A DNA stretch of 64,000 nucleotides from Eledone cirrhosa (Eukaryota). Position numbers and translations under genes: made by a program. Numbering within the stretch: position 1 is the stretch's first letter; the number at the start of each line of letters is the position of its first letter. Shown here in pieces: positions 1-14,544 of the stretch. Below the pieces are notes generated by a model, which was not told where the DNA came from, did not search any database, and saw nothing but the letters and a program-made list of their open reading frames with translations. The DNA lies in contig OZ024745.1 of the NCBI GenBank assembly GCA_964016885.1, positions 65,720,001 through 65,784,000 on the forward strand, in the 5' to 3' direction.

Positions 1-1626
1 TTATTTTGCAATGTTTCTAACAATTTTGTATTGCTTCAACAGAAATATGCCAAACTGTCATTATCAGAGATGCATTGATTTAAATAAATATCTTCATCAA
101 GGTCTAAAATTTGAAATAAAAAAAATACAAATGAAATTGTATATAACATATATGTGAAAAGCAATACAAATAAAAGCATATGTTCTTTAATATAGAAAAT
201 TGGTTGCAATTTCAAGATGTTTATTCGTTATTATTTGCTATTTATTTTATTAATGAGTGAATATCTCTCTTTTGATTGTTCTTGAAAAGATGCAAGATAT
301 AAACATCAAGTAAGAGTTATTTCGCTCACTTAAGGTTTTCAAATAATTTATATATTTCAGAGAAAACCTTTACATTTAGTTTTTAAAGTTTGAAATAGGT
401 GTGTCATCAAATACCTTAAAAGAAGTTCAAACAATGAAATATATTTTATGCTGGCAGAAAATAGTGCAATTTGATTTCTTTTCTTTCCCAGGGGATAAAA
501 TGTTTCACCATTTACGTTACTATTTGTCAATGCCACGGCTAATTTCCACATATTTTACTGTTTCGCTATCTTAAAAAGAGACTACTATCTTAGAATTGTA
601 ACACTAACCAGAAAAATAAAACACAGCATAACGGAATGGTGAAGAGAGATAGTTCAGAATTATTAACTTTAGGAAAAAGATGGCAATTCACTACAAACCT
701 GTCGGTATAATGGACTGAATTAAATCTAGTGTATTATTGGTAATAATAATACTGTCACAATCAGTATGGTTGTTTGGTTTTGTTTAAAAAGATATAGTTT
801 TATTTCATACTAGATCGTAGCATAAGAGAAAAAACAATGTTACTGCAACAACAATATTCATCAAATTAGTTGCTCGGATTGCGTTCATTCGCACAAATCA
901 GTTTACCCGATTTATTGATTCCTTAACTAATAACGAACAAATAAACACAATCTCCGTAAAGAGTTAAAGAGATTACCCGATGGGCGATGATATCCCTATG
1001 GAGGAAATGAAACCGGTTCGGTCCATCTCTTCGTATCTTTTTACAAAGACGCTGTATGAAAGATAAATTATCTAATCACACAGTGTTTGCTAACTATTTA
1101 TAGATTTACTATATTGTGTATCCTACTATCATGAAAAACACTGCTAAATCGCTAGTAATTTAAAAAGTAGTTTTTCCGAGACATTCTGCAGTATCGCAAA
1201 ATCTATATTCTGCAGAATAATCTGTTTCAAATTACACATCCTTTTCTTACACTATTACCAAATTTATTTGCGAATTCATGATGTCATAAATAAATTACTG
1301 ATAAGAAATCCTATACAGATGTTAAGTAGCAGATGCTACGTGGGTGTCCGACATACTAACATTAGCAGCGAAATCCCTCTTAAACCACACACTACTATCT
1401 TATTAAAAAGAATGCATCGTCTGAGATACACAATTACTGAAAAGAAGAATATGGTTTGTATATGTCTTGAACGCTCTTGAACCTAAGTGTACAGAGACTC
1501 TTTTTTGGTAAACAGCCACATTATAAACAGATCTAAACGTAATAGCATGCGCATTTGCAAATAAATTATTTTCAATTGAACCCTAAAATAATTTTGCGTC
1601 ATGAGGAAAAAATATTCGCTAATTCA

Positions 1627-2097
1627 TCAAATGTTTTCATCCCACTTGGAAGAACATTTATGAAGAGTTTTAGCATTGGAGGCGATAAATTCTACAGATC
1701 TTTGAGGACAAGACTTCTGTTTTCGCCGATAAGCGATTAACTTTTCTGCGACATGTTTAATAGAACGTGAGTGGCTAGCTATTGCAAAAGAATATTCGTG
1801 GTACAAATGGCGTTTAAGAGTTTGAAGAGTTTTATTTTCCCTTCGTATTAACACTTCACAGTGGTGCTGGCAAACACGTGTTTGGCTTGGTGTATGTTTC
1901 ATGGTTGGTTCATGAATTCTGTAGGGTTTCGATTTACCGGGACAATTTGAGCGTGACATCACCTCAGGCTGTACAAAGAAATTTTTGCTGTGTTTGTCTC
2001 CATTTATTTCCGGGATGTTGGCGTAGACTTTATTATCAATGAATAGTACAGCATCCTGTTCTTTGCTATGCGTTACTATGGCAGTGATGTTATTCAT
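1627..2097 (-). CDS. Candidate 156-aa ORF/exon of unknown function
   Basis: Longest non-repetitive ORF in the first 30 kb. A polypyrimidine tract + CAG acceptor (minus strand, ~2123-2143) lies 25 nt upstream of the ATG. No recognisable domain. Confidence 0.2.
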   Translation of the reverse strand: MNNITAIVTHSKEQDAVLFIDNKVYANIPEINGDKHSKNFFVQPEVMSRSNCPGKSKPYRIHEPTMKHTPSQTRVCQHHCEVLIRRENKTLQTLKRHLYHEYSFAIASHSRSIKHVAEKLIAYRRKQKSCPQRSVEFIASNAKTLHKCSSKWDENI

Positions 2098-3439
2098 TTG
2101 GTCAAGTATTAATTAAATAAGACTGAAAAAGAAAAAAAGAAAGTAAAGAAAATATAATAAATATATAAATGCCAACAATTAAAATTCATAAAACGTTATA
2201 CCCCATAAACATGCATCTCATCCATAAACAAATGTGTATTCATACACAAAAGTCAGCCATTCAATGAATACAAATAATTAAATGCGGTACGGAAAGCAAT
2301 TAAAGATTGACTTTGAATGGATTTGATAGAATCAGCAGCAGAAACCATAAATAAATACTGCAGCTTGATAGATTCCATTTTATTTGATATTCCACTGTTT
2401 TCGAAATAATTAAGCTTGCTGTACGTGAGTAGTTGAATTTTTCAGTGGATTATAGTCTATAGTAATTTATGTTAAACGTGGTTCACGAATTATTTAAATC
2501 ACTAAATTTTAATAGATACTTGAACATTTTAATAGATACAGTCAGTACAGTGTATCATAGTACTACAATAAAATAATGGTAATTTCGCAGTCAACCGAAA
2601 TCATTACTCACTTTTAGTACACATTGGAGACATAAGTATTTAACCATTGTAATTCATTCTTGAGACTATCAATATATTTAACAATAAATTCGTCAGGTAC
2701 TCCTACTTGCAAACAACTATGATAATTTAGATAAGTTTTGCATTAGATTTTAAAATAAAATTAATTCCCCCTTATAGCTCAAGGGAAATCATAACAAGTC
2801 TTTCTAGTTCTAACTCCCGGCTATGAGTAAAATATTATCGGTTATCTTATGATAAATGTGTATGTATCTGTTCCAACTGAAATGAAAAGTATTCCAATAT
2901 CAATTTGTTCTACGCAATTTACCACTGTTCTTGTTTAGCTCGAGGTCAAATCCGATCGTGCAGACATAATAATTAATTACATGTGAAAGTCGTTGGAAGT
3001 AATTTGAGGAATATTTAGTTACTATATCTAGCATGTCTGGCCATCACAAAGAGTATTCCTCACTGCCGCACGGATAAAAGAACATGTAACAACATACTTT
3101 TGAATAGTACCTGGTTGAGCCAGATCAAGATGACCTCTGACCAATAGCGTTCCAGCTCTGATCATCCCATCTTTGTATCTAGAAATACGTAGCCCTTGGT
3201 TAGTTTCCTTTTTAAGATGATACATCTTATACTGCATGCCACAACATGGAAGACTCTCTCACTAATTTGTAAGTGTATATCTCACGGTTTTGAAAAAATG
3301 TATGTATTACTTATACATCAAATTATGCCATGTTAAATTAATTTCGCATAATAAATGTTAGATTTGCTTCCAGATTTTCATGATCTATATTTGAAACAAA
3401 TATCAAATGGCTTTTTCTTCAATCTCCAGTCTAGCTCAA

Positions 3440-4420
3440 ACCATCACATGCTTCTGGTATTAGAGATAAAGGGATAGTACTGGTTATTGTTGGAACTGCA
3501 ATCAGTTTTACAGCTGGTTTTGTGTCTCGAGCAGTACCCTCTGCAACTTGCTCACTGTTGGTGGTAGTTGTGGAGAGTTGATGGTGCTGAAGATGTGTTG
3601 GTGTTTAGTTTGGGTCGATTTTTCATGTTTTCTGGAGTGTGTGTTGGAGTAAAAGAAAATGTGTTACTTTTCAATTCGTTTTGTGCCGTTTTCTGCTATT
3701 GTTTTTGGTCATTTTCTTTTATCAGTTAGGGATGTTCCCTTCCTCTTCACTACGACATGAACAGGGACCCATGTCTCTTAAATCCGACTCAGATACGAGT
3801 GGGAGTGCCTATGCGTGTGTGCTTGAGAGAGAGGTCGAGGTAGAGTTAGTTTGGGAGACTATGATGATGTTTTTGATTTCATATTTTCTCCTCTCCTGCT
3901 TTTTTTTTTTGAAAATGGTGACGATAGTGCTGCAGCTACTTCTGCTGTAGTGCCGCTGTTACTACAACTACTGTTGCAGTTATTAATGCTAATCTTGTTG
4001 GTATTGATTCTGCTATTGGATTTGATGCTGCTATTGTCGTATTCACGGTTGGTCTTGTTGTCTAGGGGTCTGGTGTTAGCAGCAAGGGGTGCGACTATGG
4101 TTCCTTGTCTTATGTTTAAATCCCCAAATTCCCAAGTGTTTGCTATCCCCACATAGATAGCAGCGATGACTTTTGTTATCAAGTGCAACATGCAGATCGA
4201 CAACAACTGGTAGGCGAATTAGATCTGGGATTTTACCCCATGTTTCTCATTTGATGTGGAGAAGCATTCCCAAACTGATCCTCAACCAGTATTCGAGTCA
4301 ATTTCTCCTTACACCCAAGAGTATTTCACAGGACTGGATAACCCTGATTTGTGGGATACCAGATGTTGTTACATTTACTGTTCTTCTCCTTAAAAATAGT
4401 GGTTAAAGAGCACATTCGCT
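3440..4420 (-). mobile_element. Degenerate LINE ORF1-like remnant (zinc-knuckle-like motif)
   Basis: Minus strand near 4130-4170 reads HRCYLCGDSKHLGIW (CX2CX4H, last Cys absent), followed by low-complexity N/T/S/K-rich coding-like sequence. Many stops. Confidence 0.35.
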
Positions 4421-6344
4421 GTGATAAGGCATAACTTTTAAAAAGCACTGATACGTCCCCAAACCGCCTTGCTCTTGCTACATGTTTAAATGTCGAACAT
4501 TCTGCCTTCTAAGCCCTTTTAAATTCGGTGGTTTTTGCTGCATCTGGTTGTCCCATCTTTGTTGAGTCATTTATTAAATTAAATTAAATTCATTTTGCCA
4601 GTTGCTGTCAACATCTCGGCCGGCACGTCTACATCGCTTCATGTCTCTTCCTGTTTTATCAATTTGACTATTGTTGATAAACACGTGTCTTCATCTGATG
4701 GGGTCATTTTCAAAGGTTTTTCTGCTTTTAATGTAGTTATTGATGTTAATATTCCTGTCGTTAGTCTTATCGGTATTGCTCACGTTACTGTTATATTCTG
4801 TTTGATTTTGTTATATTTCATGTTATCGTAGTGGTGGTGATAGATTTTGGTAATGCTGGAAAAACATGTTAATTATAATGATACTGCTTTTACTGCTGTT
4901 GCTAATATCGTCATGTCAAAATCGAAACTCTACCATAGCTAGGCAAAACATCATTATACGTACTATCTAATTAATACAATATTACAATTTATAAGTCTCA
5001 CGTAAGACACATAGCGAAATTATATTGTTCAAATCGCATGCGTAACTTTATAGAATGTTTTATAATATATATAGTCTTACATAAAATATAGAAACAACAG
5101 TAAACATGGGAACAGTAATTAAATACCACAGAATACAAGATACATGTACGAAATGAAAATAACTGAAAAACACAAACTTGATAAAATTAGTGTTATTAGT
5201 TTATACTTAACTGAACTTTACAAATAGAATAAAATATTTGTTCCAGTGTAGTTTGACTTGGAAATATAGAAAGATAAAGCTAATTACTATTCCGCAAATG
5301 GGTTATACATTTCTGATATAGCTAAATACAACGTCTGTATTTAAATGAATAAGACAAGAGAAATAAGATTTTATGAATTAAAAGTTTAATTAAACACATT
5401 AAGTTTGCATTTCTCAATCCAGTAAATTCTTAAAGTTACTTGCCTGAGGCTGAAAAGAGGTTTATAATTCTACGCATATTCATCGCGTCAATAATTAACA
5501 TACATTTCCTACATATAATTTTCTGTTTCTTGCATGACCCGTAGCAAATATATGTAATTATCATAAAAGTAGGAGACAGATTTAAAGAAAAGGAGAGCAG
5601 TAGAAATTGTCTGTTAATCAACGTAGGATGTAATATATTAGCACCATTACATTCCATATACAGAATACAATATATTACAATGGTGATTTTGTAATTAACT
5701 AAATATTTATTCGCTGTATCTCTTTAGAGTTTAAAGACTATAGTCCATATAAACGCGTCTATGATCACTCAAATACGAGCTATAATCTTTAATAAAACAA
5801 TATGATAGGAAATCTAATCAATTGTTGAATACATTAGGAGAAGTATCCCATTAAAAACTTTCATTTCTATTTGTTCAAAAGAATGAAATCATTGTTAAAT
5901 AGATGACAGAAAAATAATTGGAACAAACTGTGAAAACTTAGCCTAATAAGTTTTTAAAGTAATCCCAGTAAAATAAAAATTGGAATTATATATTTTATAT
6001 CTGAAATTAGAGATGTTTTCCATTATAAATTGGGGAAGAACACAATGAAAACATGTATGTGGTATTATATATATATATTTGTGTACTCGCTCTGTCAACA
6101 ATACAGGAAAACATATTTATTGTACTGAATGACTTCCTAAATAAGATAAATTACAAAACGAAATATACTGTTGCTAGACAGAAGCTCCAGCGTTTAAATG
6201 TAAACGAGTCGCTACGCACCAGTCTTCTAGAATTGAGTCGAATATAAAAAGTATTCTTCAAAATCTGGAACTTAATTGTTAAGGTCAGGAATATGTAGGA
6301 ATAAACGTTATTGTATTTAATTAAACAAACTGTATTTGATTAAA

Positions 6345-6668
6345 TAAACATGAATGATTCCGGGATTTGCACATAGAAACTTCCCCTCAGAGGCACAAGC
6401 CGAGAAAGTTGTTTTTTGGAAGAACAGTTGTTGCCCACGCATACCAGTTTCCCCTCTCTATGCCACTGATGTTGCCCAAAGGAAAGGCAAGGGCCGATAG
6501 AACTTGAGACGACTAATGTCGTAACTCATTACTACAACTGAGTGAACTGGAGCAACGTGAAATAAATTGTCTTTTTGAAGCACACAATATATCGCCAGGT
6601 CCGAGAGTCGAACTCACAACTTCACGATTTTGAATCCAATACTCTAAGCACTGAGTCACACGCCATCA
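6345..6668 (-). mobile_element. tRNA-derived SINE
   Basis: Minus-strand head gtgatggcgtgTGACTCAGTGC...GAGTTCGACTC (A/B-box-like), abutting a (CA)n tract. Confidence 0.7.
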
Positions 6669-6795
6669 CTACACACACACACACACGCACCCGCGCGCGC
6701 GCACACCCACACACACACACACACACACACACCCACACACCCACACACACACACACACCCACACACATACACACACACACACACACGCGCACGCA

Positions 6796-6886
<91 letters not shown>
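6669..6886. repeat. (CA)n microsatellite
   Basis: Direct inspection; source of the spurious HT/VC ORFs. Confidence 0.95.
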
Positions 6887-6888
<2 letters not shown>

Positions 6889-7297
6889 AATATATATATA
6901 TATAACCACAAACCCTCAATCTCCTCAGTTCTACTTTCGAAAAGCAGAAGAACTGCGAAACCGGTAAAGGAACCAAATAAATATATATTTTTAAAAAAAA
7001 AGACTCCAATTGCATTTTCGATTTCATCATTTTTCCCTATACCTTCACTCGTGTAGGAGGACACGTCGATTTTTTTTCACTTTGTAAAAAAACCTTACTT
7101 TCTAATATATATGTATGTATGTATATATATATATATATACATACATAGTTTTGAGTATATGTTGGTTGTTTACCGACACCTCAGTATGCAGATTGGAGCA
7201 CTCGACGAATTGCGCAGGTTGGTTTGGTTACTCCTGAGTAATGTAAAATAAAATAAAATAAATAAGTCAAATATTTAAAAATTTTGCTTCGTTTATT

Positions 7298-7352
7298 ACT
7301 GCTATATATATTTCGGTGACAGCCATCTTTGGCTGTGACCTCTTCAGGCAGT
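7298..7352 (-). ncRNA. Type I minimal hammerhead ribozyme (antisense arm)
   Basis: rc: actgc CTGAAGA ggtcacagcc aaagat ggctgtcacc GAAA tatata TA gcagt aataaa. Confidence 0.8.
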
Positions 7353-7582
7353 CCGAATTAGTGTGGTAGAGACGAGTACCCATGTTGTTGAGGTGTATAA
7401 CTTTGTCAATACTCTGATATGCCCAGTTCCTGGTTGGGTTGTCTTTTCTCTGAGGAACTGGAATCATATGATTCCAGTTCCTCAGTGAAATAACAACCCA
7501 ACCAGGAACTGGGCATATCAGAGTATTGACAAAGTTATACACCTCAACAACATGGGTACTCGTCTCTACCACACTAATTCGG

Positions 7583-7637
7583 ACTGCCTGAAGAGGTCAC
7601 AGCCAAAGATAGCTGTCACCGAAATATATATAGCAGT
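7583..7637 (+). ncRNA. Type I minimal hammerhead ribozyme
   Basis: actgc CTGAAGA ggtcacagc caaagata gctgtcacc GAAA tatata TA gcagt, then AATAAA at 7638-7643. Stem I is actgc/gcagt; stem III is palindromic. Confidence 0.8.
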
Positions 7638-7693
7638 AATAAACGAAGCTAAATTTTTTAATATTTGACTTTTTTTTTTAAATTTTATTTTAT

Positions 7694-7752
<59 letters not shown>

Positions 7753-7799
7753 AGCACCGGGATAATTGCTGGCCTTGTGCCAAAAGTAGAAACATGTAT

Positions 7800-8067
7800 G
7801 TATGGCCCATAACTCCTGATAGAATGGTAGAGTGCAGTTCCTTGGGCCTTTTTAGTCTAGCGGAGGCCATCCCTCTCCAGGTCTGAGTACAGCACATTTC
7901 TACCAGAGAAAGGAAGAATCGAGCCCAGTGGCACTTTTTTATCGACCTCAAAAGGATGAAAGGCAAAGTTGAGCTCGGCGGGATTTGAACTCAGAGAGCA
8001 GAGAGCCGGAACGAATAGCATAAAGTATTCTATCTGACGTTCTAAGGACTCTTCCAATTCGTCGCCT
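7800..8067 (-). mobile_element. tRNA-derived SINE (major family, core gcctttcatcc...gtcgataaaa)
   Basis: Reverse complement matches the copies at 10126, 27131 and 49507; B-box GAGTTCAAATCC. Confidence 0.75.
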
Positions 8068-8336
8068 TATTAAATTTGATACACATTTCAATCTCTTGTC
8101 AATGATTTATGACACATTAACATGTTTTTCATCATATCCATGATAACGTTGAAATGAACAAAAATAATACATAAGACATCATTTATATATTTGTGATTTG
8201 ATTCTGACTTAGTTTTTTTCTATTTAATTGCTAAACCTGTAGATATTGTTCTCTATACAGTAACGGTAAAACTCACTTGTAATAATTCTTTACACACACC
8301 TCACAGTGTAACACACTTCTCTTTGTGTAATATATT

Positions 8337-8390
<54 letters not shown>

Positions 8391-8859
8391 ATAATATAAA
8401 ATATATATACACAATATAATATAAAATAAATCATTTCTGCATGGTACTGGATTAACATAAAATATCCTATTACCGACCTGGTTTTTTTTAATCATCTTAG
8501 TGATGTCATAAATATATTATTAAATTTAGATATCCAACAATTGCTGAATACTGTAAAGTTACATCCAATAGATACAGTAATCTGAATGTTCTATTTAAAC
8601 AATTAAAAGAAAATATAATTTAGTCTAACAATGTATACGAGAATTCCTCCAAGAGAATCCTGCAAAACTTATTTATTGCTTAGGCACAATATTACACACA
8701 TGTAGGAAACAGAATTCGATTGTGTGACGTACATACTCGAGGGTTTAGATAAGGTAAATGAGGCGAGATGACGTCAATCAAGAATAGAATTTGCCAAGCT
8801 CAGATAAAGGCCGCTGGGAAATAATTGAATTTTAAGAAAAGGTGTTGGTTGTGAAGAAA

Positions 8860-8915
<56 letters not shown>

Positions 8916-10125
8916 AGCGTATTTATGTGTATGTATGTGTATGTATGTATATATAAATGAATTGGTGAATGGGTGTGTGAGCATGTGGATGAGTTCACTT
9001 TTATATGGTGGTAGTAATAAGGAATAACATTTCGAATCGCAAATTTATTCTCTTTACTTTCTTTAATTTATATTTTTCTAAGGCTCAATGTACAGGAAAT
9101 TCCTAGAAAAGGACGAATTCTGCACGGTTGATATATAAAGTTAATTGGAGGGTGAAGAGTGGTAATTTTTGTCATACTAAGTAACATAATTCTTCACGAA
9201 GACTATATTGTGAAAAAATCGTATTACTATTGGGATCAGCATTCACAAAGATAACACACTTAAGGAAGTATTTTATAACAGTAGCTGTTATTTGCTAATT
9301 AATATCTTTCTCAGTAATTTAAAATTGTATTGTAATAGCAACCTCTTCATCAACTTGGTTTTCAACGCCCACATTAACTACCTCGATAGCAATCTGGACA
9401 GCGTCTACAGAAGTGAAAGAACCCAAGATCTGCTTTCCTATTTGAGACTAGGGTGCTTCTAGCAATCGCACAGATAGTCTTCAAAAACGTCCTTAATTAA
9501 AGACGTGGTAATATATAATATTCCAACTGCTATAGGACACACTTACATTATAATAACATTCTACTTCATTATAAAATAAAATTACGGACAATAAAACAAT
9601 TCACAGTTGTATAAATAACATTACAAATATTAATTGAAATATGAAAGTAAAAGAAAAATTGATATAAGCAAAACGAAGCAACGAACATAGGAGGAAGGGG
9701 ATAAAGAAGGGCATGTCTGACTGTATAGAAAAGTAGGAGAAAGAGCTATAAATGACTATTATTCCTCAATTTATTCTTTCCGCCTTAAACACATATACAT
9801 TCCATCCAATGGGGAGATATGATTTGTGTATTTGTAATATATCACACAGCAACTGTAAGGGTTAGTAAATCAGAAGTTGACTACAGAAACAGCTACGAAG
9901 ACAACATTACCAGATTAAGAGAAAATAAATATGAAGCTTAAATTATTTAGAAATTTATAGGTTTCAAACGATTATACGACTGTTATACACGCCCCAGGTA
10001 CGTAATCGTTAACTATCAAGTATGCGTTTCAACTGTTCCACCTGTTATAGGTAAGGTATTATATAATTTACACACTACCCTGAAACTTTGCATCGTCTCT
10101 GAAGTCATTATATTTATATTATTTA

Positions 10126-10312
10126 GGGCGGTGGCTTGGCAGTATCGGTAGAGAGTCGGAGGCCATGCTTTCCAGCATAGTTACGTCCCTTTACGGTCTG
10201 AGTCCAAATCCCGCCGAGGTTCACTTTGCCTTTCATCCTTACGGGGTCGATAAAATAAAGTACCAGTAATGTACTGTGTAATTGCTGGCCTTGTGCCAAA
10301 AGTAGAAACAAT
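10126..10312 (+). mobile_element. tRNA-derived SINE (major family)
   Basis: ggcggtggcttggcag...gagtccaaatcccgccgaggttcactttgcctttcatccttacggggtcgataaaataaagtaccagt...ggccttgtgccaaaagtagaaac; repeated many times in the window. Confidence 0.85.
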
Positions 10313-10944
10313 TATATTTATATCTGGTCATCCTACTCAAAAATACAAGTGGATAAAACTATCGTAACTTACAACATCAATAACAATTGATAAAATCGCC
10401 TCAATTCAAATCAAAGAATTGAGTTTCATTGTCATTTTAACATCTCTTACTCTCTTACATACACACGCACATACTCGCACACATACATAATTGCAAACAC
10501 ACACACACACACAAATGCACACCCACGCCCTTCTTTCTGAGATCTGTCTATTCAAATATCATAAGCCATGTTTATGCAAATCTATAATTCTTTTAAATGT
10601 AAATTGTTAAAACACCTTATCTTTAAAAGAATTATAGAGATTGTATCATTCTGCTTCAGAAATTTGTTTCTTGCCTGTCCATATAAAAAGGTCACCATAC
10701 GATTGAAAATTAAATGAACAAATTGTGTAGGTGTCTTCAGCAATCTGATATTAGTATATTTGTTGTAGGATAGGAATATAAATTTAATTTATTTTTGCTA
10801 ATAAGGTGGTATAGAACATTAATTTAATCTCTGTGCCGCAAAGCTGGTATTTATTTTCTGGATTGTGCTGGTGTAAAAGAACATATAAGAGTCGACGTGA
10901 CTTGGATTCAGAATGTAGAAAGATGTATCATTATAATCAAGACC

Positions 10945-11225
10945 AGTTATTTCGAGTACTCGACAGGAGACTGGAGTAAAGGACATAGTCGAGACAATCA
11001 AGACTGACAAACATAGATGAGCTGGCCACGTTTCTCGTATCAGAGACAACAGGTAGACTATTAGTGAGACTAAAGCAGCGGAAAAGAAACAGAAAGCAGC
11101 CAAATGCAAGATTGAGCAACGATCTGATCCGATATCATGGCCTCACATGGCCAGAGATAGGAAGCGGTGGAGGTCAACAAGAGGGGAGTTCCTCCAACGG
11201 GAGTGAAAAGGCCTTGGATTTTGGA
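10945..11225 (+). mobile_element. RTE-type LINE 3' end fragment
   Basis: Translates as RQETGVKDIVETIKTDKHR*AGHVSRIRDNR*...WPHMARDRKRWR, a typical RTE ORF2 C-terminus (WAGH..R, W...ARDR..WR). Confidence 0.7.
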
Positions 11226-12814
11226 TTATAAATAGTGATATAGTAATGTCCCTTTTTTTTAAGAAGAAGAATGTAATATTTTGTTCAAATTCTTAGATAG
11301 AAGTTGATTAGTTAAAGAAGGGGGCATCGCTTTGGAACTTGGCCTAATTAGGCTTGTTGATATTTTAGCTAACACAATATTTGTTTATTTCAAACTATAT
11401 ACCATATTTAAGAACATATCGATTTATCGACCGTTAACGAATTTCTAAATATAGCAGACGAACGTGCTACATTTGTAAACCTTGAATGTCGGGACATCAA
11501 GTATAGAAAATTACATCAGCAGGTGAAAAGAATTTAGTGAAAAGAATTTAGTGTTTACACGAGAATTAATGGTACGCTAAATACTGAAGCTGTGATCAAT
11601 ATCTGAACCTCAACACAACAGAAATAGAAACACCTGAACCATTATAATTATTAAATATTGTGGGGGTAAGAATATTGATTTTCAATTAGATATAATATCA
11701 ATGTAAAATAATATTGATTATTTGAGAAAGTATATTCGAACGCATGTAAATTGAAATCATACCTGAAGTTTGCTATCACATGTTATGATTCTATGAAATA
11801 AAGTTGAATACATATTTGAAATGAACGAGGGATATAATAAATGCCTCCTGATACAAAGAACTTGCCCTTAAAAAAATATGGTCCAGAAATGCTTGCTCTA
11901 TATGTCTGCTCATGCTTATGTTGAATTACAAAAATTAAAATATTGCAAAAATAGTACGACGGGAAGAAGAATATAAGACACATACACAGCCGAGGAAACA
12001 ATACCGCTTATTTAGCACACTTATATGTTACGTAATGCGGTTTTGCTATTAACTTTATACTGGTTGTTTATTGTGCATCAGTTGCTTATAAAGCTAAAGC
12101 TACCAACGAATAAACAGCTGAGAGAACAAATTTGACAAATTGGGACAACACACTCTGAAGAAAACAAGAAATCGAACGATATTAAAGGTTTTGTAGCAGA
12201 CACAGTAGACGTAAAGGAAAGAGAGTATGACTGATGATAATAAATTGGAGCTGCAATAGGTGAAAATAGCATTCTTGAAAAACTAGTAGGGGAACGAAGA
12301 TAGATAAAGGACAAAATAGAAAAAATGGAAAGTGGTAGAAGGAAAGAAGAATTCAGGCTGAAAGTGAAAACATTTTATGCGAACCATATTTTGCCTGCGT
12401 TTTTGTGCAAAAGATAGCAAAAAGAGCAAATTGATGACAAAAAAACAAAACCGAATCACACCACATGAAACGTTGCCACTTCTATAGGTTCCATAATATG
12501 AGTTAGATTCTAGGGGAGGTACCGGCCAAGTAAGTTGTATTAGGGGCTTAGAAGGCTAAATCAACTAACATGATAGACTAAAATACAGACGTCGTTTGAC
12601 AAACTGGGATAATACGATATCACGAAAAGTTGCTAGGTACCAAAATTATGAACTACAAACAGGTCTCCGATAGATAAAACAAATGGATAAAACAGAGATA
12701 CTTTTGAATATAAATACGGATAAAAGTGGGCAATATATTGAAAAGGTTGGAAGCAGGGATATATTAAAGGCATTTACAGGCATATTAAAGGCACCCCTAT
12801 ATATATATATATAT

Positions 12815-12987
<173 letters not shown>

Positions 12988-14428
12988 ATAAACATTACCA
13001 AAGCACTGGGTGCATTTGAAAGTGTCGCATACGCAGAAAATTGCTATAATAGCAGTCGATCCATATAGATAATGTTCGAGAAAAGTGGGTAAAATTTAAA
13101 TATATTAGAGTTAATAAATTCTTCTTATAGAAAATTCTTCTTGTAGAACATTAATGTATTCTCACTTATCAGCTACTGTTCTTATTTATTTCTGCACAAT
13201 AACGTTTTTTTTTGTTTTCTAATAGACACTCTAACTTAAATATTGTACCAGTACTTAAGTTTTGTACGAGGTTCGAGGGCAACACTTAATACAATATAGT
13301 TTTAATCAGATACCCTTTTATTTCCTACAACCTTCAAACTGAAGAGTCACAACATTTTCCATGTTATCGGTTGGCTACCTATGTTAATGGATGGCTGAAA
13401 TAATAACACACCATTTTAGAATACAAAGCTATTTAAACAAAAAAAAGAGTATTTTTCGATAGAAAACTTATCATGCCGTAAATACTGAATTGCGATTTGG
13501 TAGATTAAGCATAGCTTTTCAGATTATGTCAGTTTTAATTGATTACACATTACCAATGATTGAAGCAAGTAACAACGATATACCTTTAACCAAGTATCAC
13601 ATGGATTTCCTAGAGACGGTATTCAGTATAAGTGGGGAAGTATGTTACTGCTACGTCATTTAATGAATGAGAAAAAGAGAAAGCAATCTCGACTTGTTGA
13701 ATAGTGGAAGAAAACTATATGGTGTACTACCTTTAATCCATTATGTTAGTTGCAGCTAGCTCAGACTCCTGGACACGACTATTGAGTATTGCAACGGTCT
13801 AGACAAAAAATATTTCTCAGAGAGTTGGTACAACGCCTTCATAGTTTCAAAGAATTATCTATCTTCCAGATTATAAAATTGAAGCCACCATGACACGATG
13901 CTGTTAACTTTTATTATTCTTTCTCGTGTTTTTGTATGTATTTTGAATGTTTGCAACTTGTGAGTCTTATGATTTGCACATGGATATTAGAGAAAAATAC
14001 TTCAAGCAGATCATATACTTTCAAGCGTAGTCAAAACACTTTACAACATTCGAGCTATTTAGTAACCGTAAGCGAGATTATAAATATTCTTGAGAAAAAA
14101 TATCAAACAAAATTATGATTCTTTAGTACATTTTGAGAAATGGTAGTAAAATATAGAATAAAACTAAGTTTATCGTAGACATTAAATTGCACAATATGAA
14201 ATGTTGTTTGGACGAGTATATCTCTCTTACTTATCAAATTATATTACACACATTGATTTGTATGCATTTAAATCTGTCATCCTCAAAGGAAATATCTTAA
14301 TGTCAAGACTCTGTAAGTCATCAGAATTTCTGATTCCATATTAACTTTATTAAAGAAATGGCTTTGACCTATTTGCTACGTAGAGTCATTTCCATTAATC
14401 TAAGTTTAATTAAAGAAGGTTAAGTTGA

Positions 14429-14507
<79 letters not shown>

Positions 14508-14510
14508 CAC

Positions 14511-14544
<34 letters not shown>

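Larger units (their letters stand above)
7262..7670. mobile_element. ~410-bp near-perfect palindrome; non-autonomous PLE-like fold-back element
   Basis: Arms are reverse complements around the centre tcatatga (~7466). Each arm ends in an HHR plus AATAAA. (TA)n lies on the right flank. Confidence 0.85.
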
